Shown in pieces: positions 28,141-37,940 of a stretch of 64,000 nt of DNA (positions are counted from its first letter, which is position 1; every line of letters starts with the position of its first letter). The notes under the pieces are model-generated. The model ran no database searches. It saw only the letters and a list, made by a program, of their open reading frames with translations, and was not told where the DNA came from. The stretch is from Candidatus Omnitrophota bacterium (GTDB lineage Bacteria; Omnitrophota; Omnitrophia; Omnitrophales; Aquincolibacteriaceae). Both the position numbers and the translations under genes were made by a program. The stretch is taken from NCBI GenBank assembly GCA_003140935.1, contig PLLJ01000038.1, positions 6,858-70,857 on the forward strand, read 5' to 3'.

Positions 28141-28746
28141 CTATTTGAGCACGGGCACTGCAGCATTCTTCAAGAACCCGGCCTCGTCATACTCGCTAGC
28201 GGCTCCTATCAGAACGCCATTTTTGGTGTTTCGCTGGGCCTTCAGCTTTCCGTCCTCATAATATTCCTTGACGGTTGCTATGCCGGACTGACCGTTAAGG
28301 GAGGACTCTGATTTCAGTTGCCCGCTTTCAAAATACTCTTTAACGGTCCTCTCCACGACCCTCCCCTGCTGGAAGATCACGTATGTTTTTAATCGTCCGC
28401 TGTCGTAGTACTCCTTAAGCCATCTCTCGTCGATCTTCCCGTTTTTATACATGGTTTCCGTCTCCAATTTCCCGTCCGGGAAATAGGTTTTGCGCGGGCC
28501 ATCGAATACTCCGTTATCAAAAAACTCCGAGAGTCTCAATTGTCCGCTCGGATAATAAGTTTTACACAGACCATCGCGCTCTCCATTCTCGTAAGAGCAT
28601 TCAAACTCTAATTGTCCGTTGCTAAAATAGCTCTTTCTTGTCTCGATCTTTGCGGTCTTATGCGGAAGAAGAAACATGGCCAAAATAATAATGACAACCC
28701 CTATGATACTGCCAGCAAGCACCTTTGTTTTTATATCCTTCTTCAT
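28141..28746 (-). CDS. Membrane-anchored MORN-variant repeat protein (YwqK-like)
   Basis: TM anchor then ~6 repeats Y(F/Y)xxGxL; start at ATG 28746 (SD AGGGGG). Confidence 0.88.
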   Translation of the reverse strand: MKKDIKTKVLAGSIIGVVIIILAMFLLPHKTAKIETRKSYFSNGQLEFECSYENGERDGLCKTYYPSGQLRLSEFFDNGVFDGPRKTYFPDGKLETETMYKNGKIDERWLKEYYDSGRLKTYVIFQQGRVVERTVKEYFESGQLKSESSLNGQSGIATVKEYYEDGKLKAQRNTKNGVLIGAASEYDEAGFLKNAAVPVLK

Positions 28747-28888
28747 GGTTCCCCCTATTTTTCCCGCATGATAATGGTTATGGTTGATATCACCATGGCG
28801 CTCCCACGCTCTATATATTGTTCTAATCGGGGACAATCGTCAATAGAAAGGTGCGGGGTGCTGTTCGATAACGAAACGATAAACAGAG

Positions 28889-29125
28889 TCAGGATGGCTC
28901 TCTCATTTTCACCCAACCCATGTCGGGCCCCTCAAAACGCCATGTTTCGTCCGTCTTGGTATTAATACGGAAGAGCTGTTCTTCATCCCCCTTTTTCCGT
29001 GTGATGATATTGTCATCATCGCAACTGATATGGGCAGTCTCTCCCGCCAGCACCGGTTCTCTATCCTGAAATAGAACTATCGTGGCCGTTAAAAACAGGA
29101 GAACCAACGCGACGATTTTTCTCAT
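28889..29125 (-). CDS. Small secreted hypothetical protein
   Basis: Signal-like N-terminus; LFRINTKTDETW beta motif. Confidence 0.65.
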   Translation of the reverse strand: MRKIVALVLLFLTATIVLFQDREPVLAGETAHISCDDDNIITRKKGDEEQLFRINTKTDETWRFEGPDMGWVKMREPS

Positions 29126-29410
29126 TTCTTTTTCCTATTGCTCCTCTTGTTTTTATGCCTGATACCGCCCGCAGAAGGGTACGCGGTACCTTTTTACGGT
29201 TTTACCACGGAATGGCCATGCCAGCCTCAACCGTGATTTCCTTAAGCGGGAAGATACCGGGGACCTTCCTACAAGAGCCTCCCCATAACGTGGCCCCGCG
29301 TTTTTTCCCAAGGAGCTATTGCAAAAAGACGTTTCTGGTGTTAACTTTTCTACCGTCGTAAAAGAATTCCTGAGAATCGGGACTTATTTAAAAGAAAGGC
29401 GGAGATTGCT

Positions 29411-30646
29411 TTGATCCATGACCGGTTTGAGAAAGTATCTGCCGCAAAAAAGGGCTTCCTAGGGATCGCTGCCCTCTATTTTGTTCTCTCGCAAGCCGCT
29501 CTGCCGGGCTTCGCGGCAACGACGCAGCCTGAGGCCGGCATCCAGGCCGGATCGAACCAGCCTCAGACGGATGCCCTTGCGCAAAAAAACTCCGCGGCGG
29601 AAAAGGCCCCCGCACCTGGCACGATACGGCTTCCTCCCGCGATCCTTGATTTTTTGGCCACCGGCGCGCTCTCCGCTCCTTCGGCCGATGCAGAAACGCA
29701 GACCCGAACGGCTCCCGGAACGCCGGAGGTCGTGCCACCCCCTGGAGTCACGCCACCGCCCGAGACCGTCAGCACGAGAACGATCACACTCGGCGGGACC
29801 AAGGCCCCGGGACAAAGCCTCTGGATCTCTTCGAACGGCGGCAGGTCGTACACAATGTGTGTGGCGGAGAACACAGAGACCGCCTGGTCCGCTTCGGTGA
29901 ACCTTGTTGACGGAGCCAATGATTTCAGGATCGTCGCAGTGGATGAGTTTTTAAATCCAAGCACCGAAGTGAACGTGCCGACCATCACCTACAGTTATAC
30001 GGTGGCCACTCCCACGGTGACGCCGCCGCCCTTGTCCGTGTCGGACCGTCCATGGCTCATGTTAAGCGGAACGAAAGCGGCCGGAGAAAGCATCCGGGTC
30101 TCATCCAACGGAGGCCGGTCCTACACACAGCTTGTGCCCAAAACGACCGCCACGACGTGGTCCGCTTGGGTGAAACTGGCGAACGGTGCCAATGATTTCA
30201 TGGTTCTTGCCAAGGACAGGGCCGGCCATCCAAGCGCCGTGGTGACCCTTCCTCCGATCACTTATGCGATGAGCGCCCCCGCGGTGACGCCACCGCCCGC
30301 GACCGTGACCGCTCGTACCGTCACCTTAAGCGGAAGCAAGGTTATCGGAGCAAGCATCTGGATCTCCTCCGATGGCGGTCTCTCGTACACGCCGCTCGTC
30401 ATAAACGATATTTTTACGGCCTGGTCGGCTCCGGTAGATCTCGTCCGGGGGGATAATCATTTTACGGTCCTCGCGGAGGACTTGGCCGGCAATGCAAGCG
30501 CCCCCGTGGACATTCCCGCCATCCGGTGCACTTCGGTCATGCCGGCGCCGGGGAGCCACGAGATCCTGTTCCTGCAAGGTCCGACGCTGATCCCCGCCGG
30601 CACCGACAGAAACATGTGGCAGTCCCCTTTGGGGGGACAGACCTAA
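29411..30646 (+). CDS. Secreted protein with three Ig-like repeats
   Basis: Three ~90-aa repeats VTPPP..V....LSGTK..G.SI.ISS.GG.SYT..V......WSA.V.L..G.N.F...A.D; signal-like N-terminus. Confidence 0.85.
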   Translation: MIHDRFEKVSAAKKGFLGIAALYFVLSQAALPGFAATTQPEAGIQAGSNQPQTDALAQKNSAAEKAPAPGTIRLPPAILDFLATGALSAPSADAETQTRTAPGTPEVVPPPGVTPPPETVSTRTITLGGTKAPGQSLWISSNGGRSYTMCVAENTETAWSASVNLVDGANDFRIVAVDEFLNPSTEVNVPTITYSYTVATPTVTPPPLSVSDRPWLMLSGTKAAGESIRVSSNGGRSYTQLVPKTTATTWSAWVKLANGANDFMVLAKDRAGHPSAVVTLPPITYAMSAPAVTPPPATVTARTVTLSGSKVIGASIWISSDGGLSYTPLVINDIFTAWSAPVDLVRGDNHFTVLAEDLAGNASAPVDIPAIRCTSVMPAPGSHEILFLQGPTLIPAGTDRNMWQSPLGGQT

Positions 30647-30701
30647 CGGCATAGAAAAGTACCCGGGACCGCGTTTTAAGCCAAATCCTTGATCCGTTCT
30701 T

Positions 30702-32516
30702 TCAGGTGGGCTTGGTATGAAAAGCAGGAGGCGGCTGAACGCTAAAAGCAACGATCTTTAGGATCGCGCTTATAAAAATAACGAACGAGCAGAGGATCAT
30801 GAGCGCGATAAGCGCGATATTGAAATGGACCATGAACGGCGTCGCGGTCTCCGGCCAATAATGATGGGCGATCATCTGATAAGCGGCGGTCAGCGTGGTG
30901 ACGGCCACAAACACCCAGGGAACCGCGGTCGTCCAAGCGTACCGGCCCTTTCCCATTTTAACGAGCATCATCGTGCCGATGGCCAGCGAGATCGATGCCA
31001 GGAGCTGGTTCGCGATCCCGAACATGGGCCAGATCGTGTTGATACTCGCGTTCCAGATCAAAAATCCCCAGGCCAGGACCACGGCGAGGCTCGTGAGAAT
31101 GCTGCCCGGGACCCAGCGGGTATTCTTAAAGGGGGCATACACTTTCCCCAGCAGCTCCTGAAGAATGAACCGCCCGATCCTCGTGCCCGCATCCACCGTC
31201 GTAAGAATAAAGAGGGCCTCGAACATGATGAGGAAGTGATAGCAATACTTCATCAGAAAGCCTAGTCCCCTGATCGAGCCTAAAATGTGGGCCACTCCGA
31301 CCGCAAGCGATACCGCGCCCCCCGTCCTCCCCAGCAGGCTTTGCTCGCCGATCGCTTTCGTGAGCCAGGCGAGGTCCACGGGATGCATTCCGAGGGTGGC
31401 ATAAACAGAAGGAGAAACGTTGATGGCGTAATAATCGCCGGGGTGCATGGCGCAAGCCGCGATCAGACAGACAATGCTGATCAGGGACTCCGTCAGCATG
31501 CAACCATAACCGATCGGCCTGGCATGAAGCTCATTGGATAGCATTTTAGGCGTCGTCCCGGATGAAACCAACGCATGGAACCCTGATATCGCGCCGCACA
31601 TGATCGTGATAAAACAGAACGGCCACACCTTCCCGGGGACGATCGGCCCGCCGCCGTGAATGAATGGGGTGAACGCGGGAAATTCGATCTTGGGATTCAC
31701 GAGCACGATCCCGGCGACCAAAAGAAAGATCGTCCCGATCTTCATGTAGGAACTCAGATAATCCCGCGGCGCAAGGAGGAGCCAAACAGGAAGCACGGAC
31801 GCCGCGAAGCCGTAAATCGCCATGGCGATCACGATGCCGCCGCGGCTCAAAAGAAAGCAATGATTTAAAGCGGGGATCTCCGGGACCCATTTCCCGAAAA
31901 TGACCGCGGCCGAAAGGGCCGCCACTCCGAAGATCGTCGCCAGCTGGACCGCCCGGGGTGATCCCTGGTTCATGGCGTAGATATAGATCCCCATGGCCAT
32001 GGCGATCACGATCGAGGCCGCGATCGTGAAAGTCCCCCAGCTGCTTTCCGCCAGCGCATTGACCACGACAAACCCGAGTCCGGCAAGCGTGAGGGTAATA
32101 ATAAAAAGAAGCGCCACGGCACACGCGATCCCGGCGGGTTTCCCGAGTTCGGCGCGCGTGATCTCGGCAAGCGATTTCCCGTCCTGACGCGTCGAAATGA
32201 CGAGGATCACAAGATCATGGACCGCGCCGGCCAGCACGCTGCCGATCACCATCCAGAGAAGCCCCGGCATATAACCGAACTGGGCCGCAAGGACGGGCCC
32301 GACCAAGGGACCTGCCCCCGCGATCGCCGCGAAATGATGGCCGAAGAGCACCCACTTGGACATCGGATAATAATTGTGACCGTCGCGGAGACGATGAGCG
32401 GGTGTGACCCTAGCACTGTCGAGGGCGAGGACTTTACTTGCCAGAAAAGCGCTGTAATAACGGTAAGCAAGCGCGAAGATGCAAAGAACGATGATGAGGA
32501 TCGGAAGTGCTCTCAT
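30702..32516 (-). CDS. cstA: Carbon starvation protein A family transporter
   Basis: TPAH...DG, FGHHFAAIAGAGPLVGPVLAAQFGY, CGAISGFHALVSSGTT, WPMFGIANQLLA. Confidence 0.97.
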   Translation of the reverse strand: MRALPILIIVLCIFALAYRYYSAFLASKVLALDSARVTPAHRLRDGHNYYPMSKWVLFGHHFAAIAGAGPLVGPVLAAQFGYMPGLLWMVIGSVLAGAVHDLVILVISTRQDGKSLAEITRAELGKPAGIACAVALLFIITLTLAGLGFVVVNALAESSWGTFTIAASIVIAMAMGIYIYAMNQGSPRAVQLATIFGVAALSAAVIFGKWVPEIPALNHCFLLSRGGIVIAMAIYGFAASVLPVWLLLAPRDYLSSYMKIGTIFLLVAGIVLVNPKIEFPAFTPFIHGGGPIVPGKVWPFCFITIMCGAISGFHALVSSGTTPKMLSNELHARPIGYGCMLTESLISIVCLIAACAMHPGDYYAINVSPSVYATLGMHPVDLAWLTKAIGEQSLLGRTGGAVSLAVGVAHILGSIRGLGFLMKYCYHFLIMFEALFILTTVDAGTRIGRFILQELLGKVYAPFKNTRWVPGSILTSLAVVLAWGFLIWNASINTIWPMFGIANQLLASISLAIGTMMLVKMGKGRYAWTTAVPWVFVAVTTLTAAYQMIAHHYWPETATPFMVHFNIALIALMILCSFVIFISAILKIVAFSVQPPPAFHTKPT

Positions 32517-32649
32517 AGGGGGGAAGGCGATGCCTGTATGCCGTTACCTTTTTTAAGAAGTTCAAAGCGGCCAACATTATAGACTCATTGAAATCTCTTG
32601 GATAGACGAGTTTCAAAATGAGCCGGTTCACCGACAGGGTCTGCGTTCC

Positions 32650-33375
32650 TTAATAATGATGCGCCCAAAAAGTGACCGCATACGCTTTGGCGAAGAAAAG
32701 CCGGGGATTTTCCAGCATGGCCGAAGGCGGATATTTTTGCACATGCTGTAATGAATGTTTGCGCCAATCAAGGGGGCACAACAAATCGCCCGGATGGATT
32801 TTTAACTCATTTTTAAACGGTTTTCGGGTCATCCACGATTTGAGCCACAAGCCTCGATATTTTGAAACAGCATTTTTGAGCATGATAGGCCCCGTCGCGG
32901 CTTCAACTTGTGGAAGCATTTTATGGGCCGTAAGCTCTTTAAAAACAACCTCCCAAAAACGCGTTTTCCTTGCCGAGGCCATAATCGCATTCGAGATCGA
33001 ATGGGCCCACATCCTGGATTTTCCGACAAAAGATAAGATGACCTCATGATCGTTTAATAAGGGTTCGATGTTTTTCAGACACACATAATCGAGGTCCACA
33101 TAGAGCCCGCCATAATGGTAAAGAATAAAATAGTGGACCGCATCGGCCCTGAATATCTCCCGGGGATAATGATCATAGATGTCCAGGAACCAAGGGTATT
33201 CTTTTTCAATAAAACGCCTGTTGTCTTCATCCGTCCAAAGCCGGTATTCCCAATCGGGATGAAATTCCCTCCAAGAGTTGATCCATTCCTTTTTGTACAC
33301 ATGGTAAGGGATCTCTTTCGTTTTCCATGTCTGGTGAATGATTTTCGGAATTTTCATGGTAAAAGACTTTAACAA
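32650..33375 (-). CDS. GT32 (OCH1-like) glycosyltransferase
   Basis: IPKIIHQTW, W...HPDWEYRLWTD, RAD..YFILYHYGGLYVDLD (DxD), ATGP. Confidence 0.92.
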   Translation of the reverse strand: MLKSFTMKIPKIIHQTWKTKEIPYHVYKKEWINSWREFHPDWEYRLWTDEDNRRFIEKEYPWFLDIYDHYPREIFRADAVHYFILYHYGGLYVDLDYVCLKNIEPLLNDHEVILSFVGKSRMWAHSISNAIMASARKTRFWEVVFKELTAHKMLPQVEAATGPIMLKNAVSKYRGLWLKSWMTRKPFKNELKIHPGDLLCPLDWRKHSLQHVQKYPPSAMLENPRLFFAKAYAVTFWAHHY

Positions 33376-33567
33376 AAAGCGATGAGAATGTCTTTAGAGA
33401 TTTATCTTAAAATAGTTCGGTGCCGGTGAGTGTCCGGCCGCATTCGCAGGTATCAAAATAAATATAATTCCAGCAGGGGGAGATGGGTTGGGTTTCGGGG
33501 GCAATAACGAGGGTATGATGTTTAACTTTTAACGGGGATGATATTCGACGGAACGCAGAAGCTTCTT

Positions 33568-33897
33568 CTATGTTTCCATTTGAAAGAACCCTTCGATACA
33601 TGCGATCGCGCTGTCAGCATCTTCCCCTTCAGCTTCGATATAGAGTTTTGATTTCCAGGCAGCCGCCAGGAGAAGGAGGCTCATGATATTTTTACCATCG
33701 ACCGTGATTTTCCCTTGCCGGACACGAATGGTCGAGCTGAACCGTTTCATGTGGACCACGAATTTCGCTATCACTCGCAAGTGAAAACCAAGATGGCTTG
33801 GCATCGTAATCTCGATCGTCCGGACTAATAACTCAGCCGTTTTTTCCGTCGCGGCTTCGGTCCGTTGTCTGGATTCTGCGGTGCTTTGTGCCGTCAT
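33568..33897 (-). CDS. HPr-family phosphocarrier protein
   Basis: GFHLR (His15 motif), VDGKNIM, IEAEGEDA..A...I..FF. Confidence 0.85.
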   Translation of the reverse strand: MTAQSTAESRQRTEAATEKTAELLVRTIEITMPSHLGFHLRVIAKFVVHMKRFSSTIRVRQGKITVDGKNIMSLLLLAAAWKSKLYIEAEGEDADSAIACIEGFFQMET

Positions 33898-34268
33898 AGA
33901 GCACCTCCGCTGGTTTTAGGCTGCCAAGGGCTTCGATCGACACTCCAAAACTCACCGAAGGCTTCATTCTGCTTTCAGCGCAGAGGTTCGACCGCCTTTC
34001 AGCGAGAGCGTAGGAAAGATAAAAGATACGTTCTTCGTAGGCATTTATTATACACCTCAAAATATCTCTCATGGCAATTAATACCTCTCCTAAAAATCGT
34101 CTCGAAATGAGCCTACTTCCAGCATCGGGGAATGGGGAAAATAAGAGTCGGGACGGACATAAAAGCATTTCAGCGCGTACAAAACATTGCCGTTAACATG
34201 ATCGTCTTATACTCATAGCTGTACCACCGTTATGAACACAGCCATCGTGGGAGCCTAGATCTATTAAG

Positions 34269-34730
34269 ATGAATCAACGAGGTTTTACATTGGTTGAAAT
34301 CACGATTACAGCCGCAGTCATTGGACTTTTAGCGGCGATCGCTATTCCCAACTTATTGCGCGCCAGGATCAATGCCAATGAAGGCGCGATCAAAGCGGAT
34401 TTGAAAACGTTCAGTGAGGCGTGCGAAAGTTTCCGCTCTAGTCAAAATCCGCCGGCTTATCCGGCCGATATTGCGACCCTTGTGGTGCCGGCGGTTGGAC
34501 CCGGATATATCGACGCTTCATGGAATAATCCGACGAAGCATGGTTTTAACTTGACCTACGCAGTTGCGACCTACACCTATTCGTTACTAGCGGCTCCTGC
34601 GGTCGCTAACAAAACAGCCATTAATACCTATTGCATTGACCACGGAGGTGTCATTGTTGGGTCCGTGAACGGTGCGGACGCCCCAACAGCAACAGAAACG
34701 GGTTGCGCTGGAGGCACTCCGATTGTCTGA
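34269..34730 (+). CDS. Type IV pilin / pseudopilin
   Basis: Prepilin cleavage site RG|FTLVE, hydrophobic helix LLAAIAIPNLLRAR..ANE, C-terminal Cys pair. Confidence 0.93.
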   Translation: MNQRGFTLVEITITAAVIGLLAAIAIPNLLRARINANEGAIKADLKTFSEACESFRSSQNPPAYPADIATLVVPAVGPGYIDASWNNPTKHGFNLTYAVATYTYSLLAAPAVANKTAINTYCIDHGGVIVGSVNGADAPTATETGCAGGTPIV

Positions 34731-34874
34731 TGAGGGGCGTGCCCTGATTCGCCCCATGCAACTCCCAGCGCGCCCCGGGAGGGTGTTTTACTTATATCCT
34801 CGCGGTACCCCGTACCGTTCTATGATCAAGCAACTTGCCGCAAGCCTTTTCCCAGGACGCCCACTTTAGGACGC

Positions 34875-35117
34875 CTACTTTAATTTCGCGATCTTACCGC
34901 CGAGAAATTGCCCCGCAAAAAACGCGCCGACAAGGACCGGATACGTGACGGGATGAAAGCCGAGCCGCAAGAGGAAGCGGATCGCGATCACCAGCGGAAC
35001 GGGAAGATGCACCGCCAGGAACCAGGCGAGTGAAAATTTCCGGACGCGGGCGCGCCAATATCCGAAGGGAAGATTCAAAAGCATGACCGCGATTCCCGCA
35101 AGCCATAATGGATTCAT
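34875..35117 (-). CDS. Small membrane protein
   Basis: LNLPFGYWRA..RKFSLAWFLAVHLPVP; three hydrophobic segments. Confidence 0.8.
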   Translation of the reverse strand: MNPLWLAGIAVMLLNLPFGYWRARVRKFSLAWFLAVHLPVPLVIAIRFLLRLGFHPVTYPVLVGAFFAGQFLGGKIAKLK

Positions 35118-35132
35118 GAGTGTTAGGTATTC

Positions 35133-35858
35133 CTATCGAGAAGAGACTGTCGAAGCCCAAAGCTTCTTCCTGGCTGTCCCGAAATTTCCGAGTTGATAAA
35201 CGCCCACGCTTTCAATCTTGAAAGTGAACGGGGCATAAGGAGCCGCCATCATTTTTTTAAGAAAGTCCTCCTTGCCCAGCCCGATGGTAACATGCGGACG
35301 GTAATGATCTCCGCTGTGATGGATATAAGCTTCGATGTCAGCCACGGTCGTCTCGCCGATAGGAGCGCCGTTCTCGTTCGGAACAAAAGCGTCAGCAGTT
35401 CCGTTCGCAACCATGAACGGGCGTGCGGCATCGATCACTTCCTTTTGATATTCGAGCAGTTCCGGCGTTCGGGCGATCGCGATCACGGCCAGTCCCACCC
35501 CTTGTTCGGACGAGTAGGTATAATAACCCGTCGTCTTCAGTTCCATCCCGACAGGTTTCTGGGTATCCACCACCCGCTTCACAACAGCGGAAACCTTGTC
35601 GAGATCATTGGTGTGAACGTAGCACTGGAGGACAGAGATGTGCGCGATGTGTGTCGCATCCAGGGCAAAACCCTCCGGGTAGTGTTCCCGAAGGCGGGCG
35701 TTGTCGGCCTTGGCTTGTACGAGCATAGCATCATCGGGTTCGAGCAGAATGTCAATGGCGGTAAGGGCCTCGGATCGGGTTGAAACTTGCGGATCAGCGG
35801 AAAAGGCAACGTAAGGCAGTGAGAAAAATATCACGAGAATGAAACAGAATCTTTTCAT
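35133..35858 (-). CDS. Secreted 2H-phosphoesterase-fold protein
   Basis: Signal peptide ending AFS-A; two HxS/T motifs (HISV, HVTI) about 120 aa apart. Confidence 0.75.
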   Translation of the reverse strand: MKRFCFILVIFFSLPYVAFSADPQVSTRSEALTAIDILLEPDDAMLVQAKADNARLREHYPEGFALDATHIAHISVLQCYVHTNDLDKVSAVVKRVVDTQKPVGMELKTTGYYTYSSEQGVGLAVIAIARTPELLEYQKEVIDAARPFMVANGTADAFVPNENGAPIGETTVADIEAYIHHSGDHYRPHVTIGLGKEDFLKKMMAAPYAPFTFKIESVGVYQLGNFGTARKKLWASTVSSR

Positions 35859-36033
35859 GAAGGAATGATACCTTTCCTCTTTTTCACTACCACGGGATCG
35901 TGATGCCGGCCTCGAATCGGACGAGATTATCAAAATCTCGCCGAAGCCGTACCAAACCATTGGAATTTGGTACCGACCGCGTTTCCTTGAGCGATTCCCG
36001 AGGGCGCCTATTTTAGCGGCTCGATTCTCTGGG

Positions 36034-36873
36034 TTAAAATAGAAAAAACGCGCCTAAAACAAGACATACCAACAAAAATAATATATAGAGACCCATTAAA
36101 AACCAAAACAAATGCACGACCCAGGCGTTTTCTCTATTTGCGCCTTGAGATCCCACGGCGAAACTCGGGACCGGACGATGGACTGCGCCGGTTATTATAT
36201 CGTTCGCACCATACGGAATGTTTTCCGGGGTCCCTCGGGGCCGGGAGGCTGAAGGGTGAGCGGAGCTGAACGACATTTTGATTTTTTTTAGAATATCAAG
36301 TAACGCCACGACTCTGATCCGTTTACGCCGCCCCGGGTCGATCCCGTCTTTGAATCCGGGCGGTTCCGTGTCTTCTTGATCTTCAGTCCGCCATCTGAAT
36401 TTAATTTCAATGGAGTAGCTCATTTCTATGGCATAGATCACGATCCTGACCGCCAGGACGCTCAAGACCCCTGCGAACAAGAATCCCCAGGGGATCTTGT
36501 CGAATAGATCAGGACCGGAAGGCGTTGGGCTCAGGGGGCCCGGCGGCGGAGAGTTCTCCCCGGGCTTCGGCGAAATAACTGCCGTAGCGCCCTGGACCGC
36601 CCGGGGCGGTTCTTTCACGGGCGCGACCCCGAATGTTTTTTCGAGTTCCTTCCATCCTTTTATATATTCTCCGACGCGCACATATTGAAAACTCCGCACA
36701 AAAAATTCGCGCGTGGGTTCTGTCGCGAAATAGGCGAAAACTAAGGACAACCCGAGCATGACCGCGAGAGTGATCCAAAATTGGGGCACTTTGATCAGCG
36801 CCCGGGTGTGCGCCCACCAGCGCGAAAAGAACCAGGCCACTTGCTCCATGATCTTCTTAACATTCATCCCCAC
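36034..36873 (-). CDS. Hypothetical membrane protein
   Basis: Three hydrophobic segments with Pro-rich linkers; SD AGAGG. Confidence 0.65.
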   Translation of the reverse strand: MGMNVKKIMEQVAWFFSRWWAHTRALIKVPQFWITLAVMLGLSLVFAYFATEPTREFFVRSFQYVRVGEYIKGWKELEKTFGVAPVKEPPRAVQGATAVISPKPGENSPPPGPLSPTPSGPDLFDKIPWGFLFAGVLSVLAVRIVIYAIEMSYSIEIKFRWRTEDQEDTEPPGFKDGIDPGRRKRIRVVALLDILKKIKMSFSSAHPSASRPRGTPENIPYGANDIITGAVHRPVPSFAVGSQGANRENAWVVHLFWFLMGLYILFLLVCLVLGAFFLF

Positions 36874-36916
36874 AACCTCTTTTTTCTGTTCTCATGTAAA
36901 CTGGACGTTATCCGGC

Positions 36917-37687
36917 TTACCACGGAAAATAATCGGACTGGATGAGGGCTTTCGTCGCTCGGCCCATGCAAGCTTCGCCGGGTTTGGCCTCCAAACAACC
37001 CTTGAATCCTTCGGCTTTGTCCTGTTCGAAGGCTTGCCGGATAAGAAAATATTGATTTTTATTACCGAGTCGATGTAAATTTTGGCCTGATTTCTTCTCC
37101 ATGTATTTTAGGATCTCATCGCAAAAAGCAATCCCCTTCTCCACATCACCTATGTGATCGTAAAGATAAATGATTTTGCTGGTAATAATCGGCGCATAAT
37201 TCCCATCATATTTAATCGGAGGAAGTAATTTTTTGTATTTTTCTCGAAGATATTTGATGTATTCAAAAACGGGTTGTTCCAAGTGTGTGTTTTGAGCTTT
37301 GCAAAGTGCTTCGAGTTCGAGTTTGTCATTGATATATTCTTCTTTTTTTGGATTTTGATGAATGAACCAATCCATTTCATTTAGGGCATCTCGATATTTT
37401 CCCTGCAACCGATGAACATGCCTTATACGTGCTAAAGGCTGACATTTATCTTCTTCTCTTTTGATAAATTGAGGTGTCAAAGCTTCCTGATATTTATTAA
37501 TAGCATCTTCATACAAACCTTGTTCAACAAGTCGGTCGCCTTTGCGTTCAAGTTGAACTCGGCCGCCAATGACTGCAACCGATTGAAAAGATAGATCTTG
37601 TTTATCAACGCCATTAGCTAAAAGACACGAAAGAAAGAGAGTATTTGCTATCAAAAAAAACAAAAGGATAAACATAAACCGTTTCAT
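36917..37687 (-). CDS. Secreted TPR-like partner protein, paralogue 2 (putative orphan immunity)
   Basis: Signal peptide, TPR-like helices (GLYEDAINKYQEA), C-terminus NQYFLIRQAFEQD..GC..GRATKALIQSDYFPW shared with 37941-38678. Confidence 0.85.
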   Translation of the reverse strand: MKRFMFILLFFLIANTLFLSCLLANGVDKQDLSFQSVAVIGGRVQLERKGDRLVEQGLYEDAINKYQEALTPQFIKREEDKCQPLARIRHVHRLQGKYRDALNEMDWFIHQNPKKEEYINDKLELEALCKAQNTHLEQPVFEYIKYLREKYKKLLPPIKYDGNYAPIITSKIIYLYDHIGDVEKGIAFCDEILKYMEKKSGQNLHRLGNKNQYFLIRQAFEQDKAEGFKGCLEAKPGEACMGRATKALIQSDYFPW

Positions 37688-37861
37688 GGATAAACAACCC
37701 AAATTTGACGTGTCACGTCATAAGTAACTCTTTGGTTTGTTTCTAGAAAAGCAGAAAGTTTTGTTACTGAATCGCTATTGATAAGCAATTCCGTCACAAA
37801 TGCATTTACCGTTGGCTGATTAAGAGAAGGATCCATCCCGGCGCATATAGCTGGAATGATC
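37684..37861 (-). pseudogene. Frameshifted remnant of an alternative giant-protein C-terminal tip
   Basis: Translates DHSSYMRRD / NQPTVNAFVTELLINSDSVTKLSAFL...QIWVVYP*, aligning with the giant protein end EHLYYMKRND..NTTVSDFVTRLMLKADSTEELSYFL..NRWVIRLP; its TGA overlaps the ATG of paralogue 2. Confidence 0.85.
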
Positions 37862-37940
37862 CCTCTCTTACTATGATCTTTTTAATATTCATCCCCATAA
37901 CCTTTTTTTCTGTTCTCATGAAAACCGGACGCCATCCGGT

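Noticed and set aside
22640-29400. Classical integron cassette array among the small - strand genes
   Set aside because: No intI and no recurring attC (RYYYAAC...GTTRRRY) structure seen; only a weak ~20-bp similarity between 24799-24820 and 27962-27982.
23318-30672. Short recurring motif (g/a)gtacc(c/g)gggacc at ~23321, ~29253, ~30658
   Set aside because: Too short and variable to distinguish from chance or degraded REP-type sequence without genome-wide counts.
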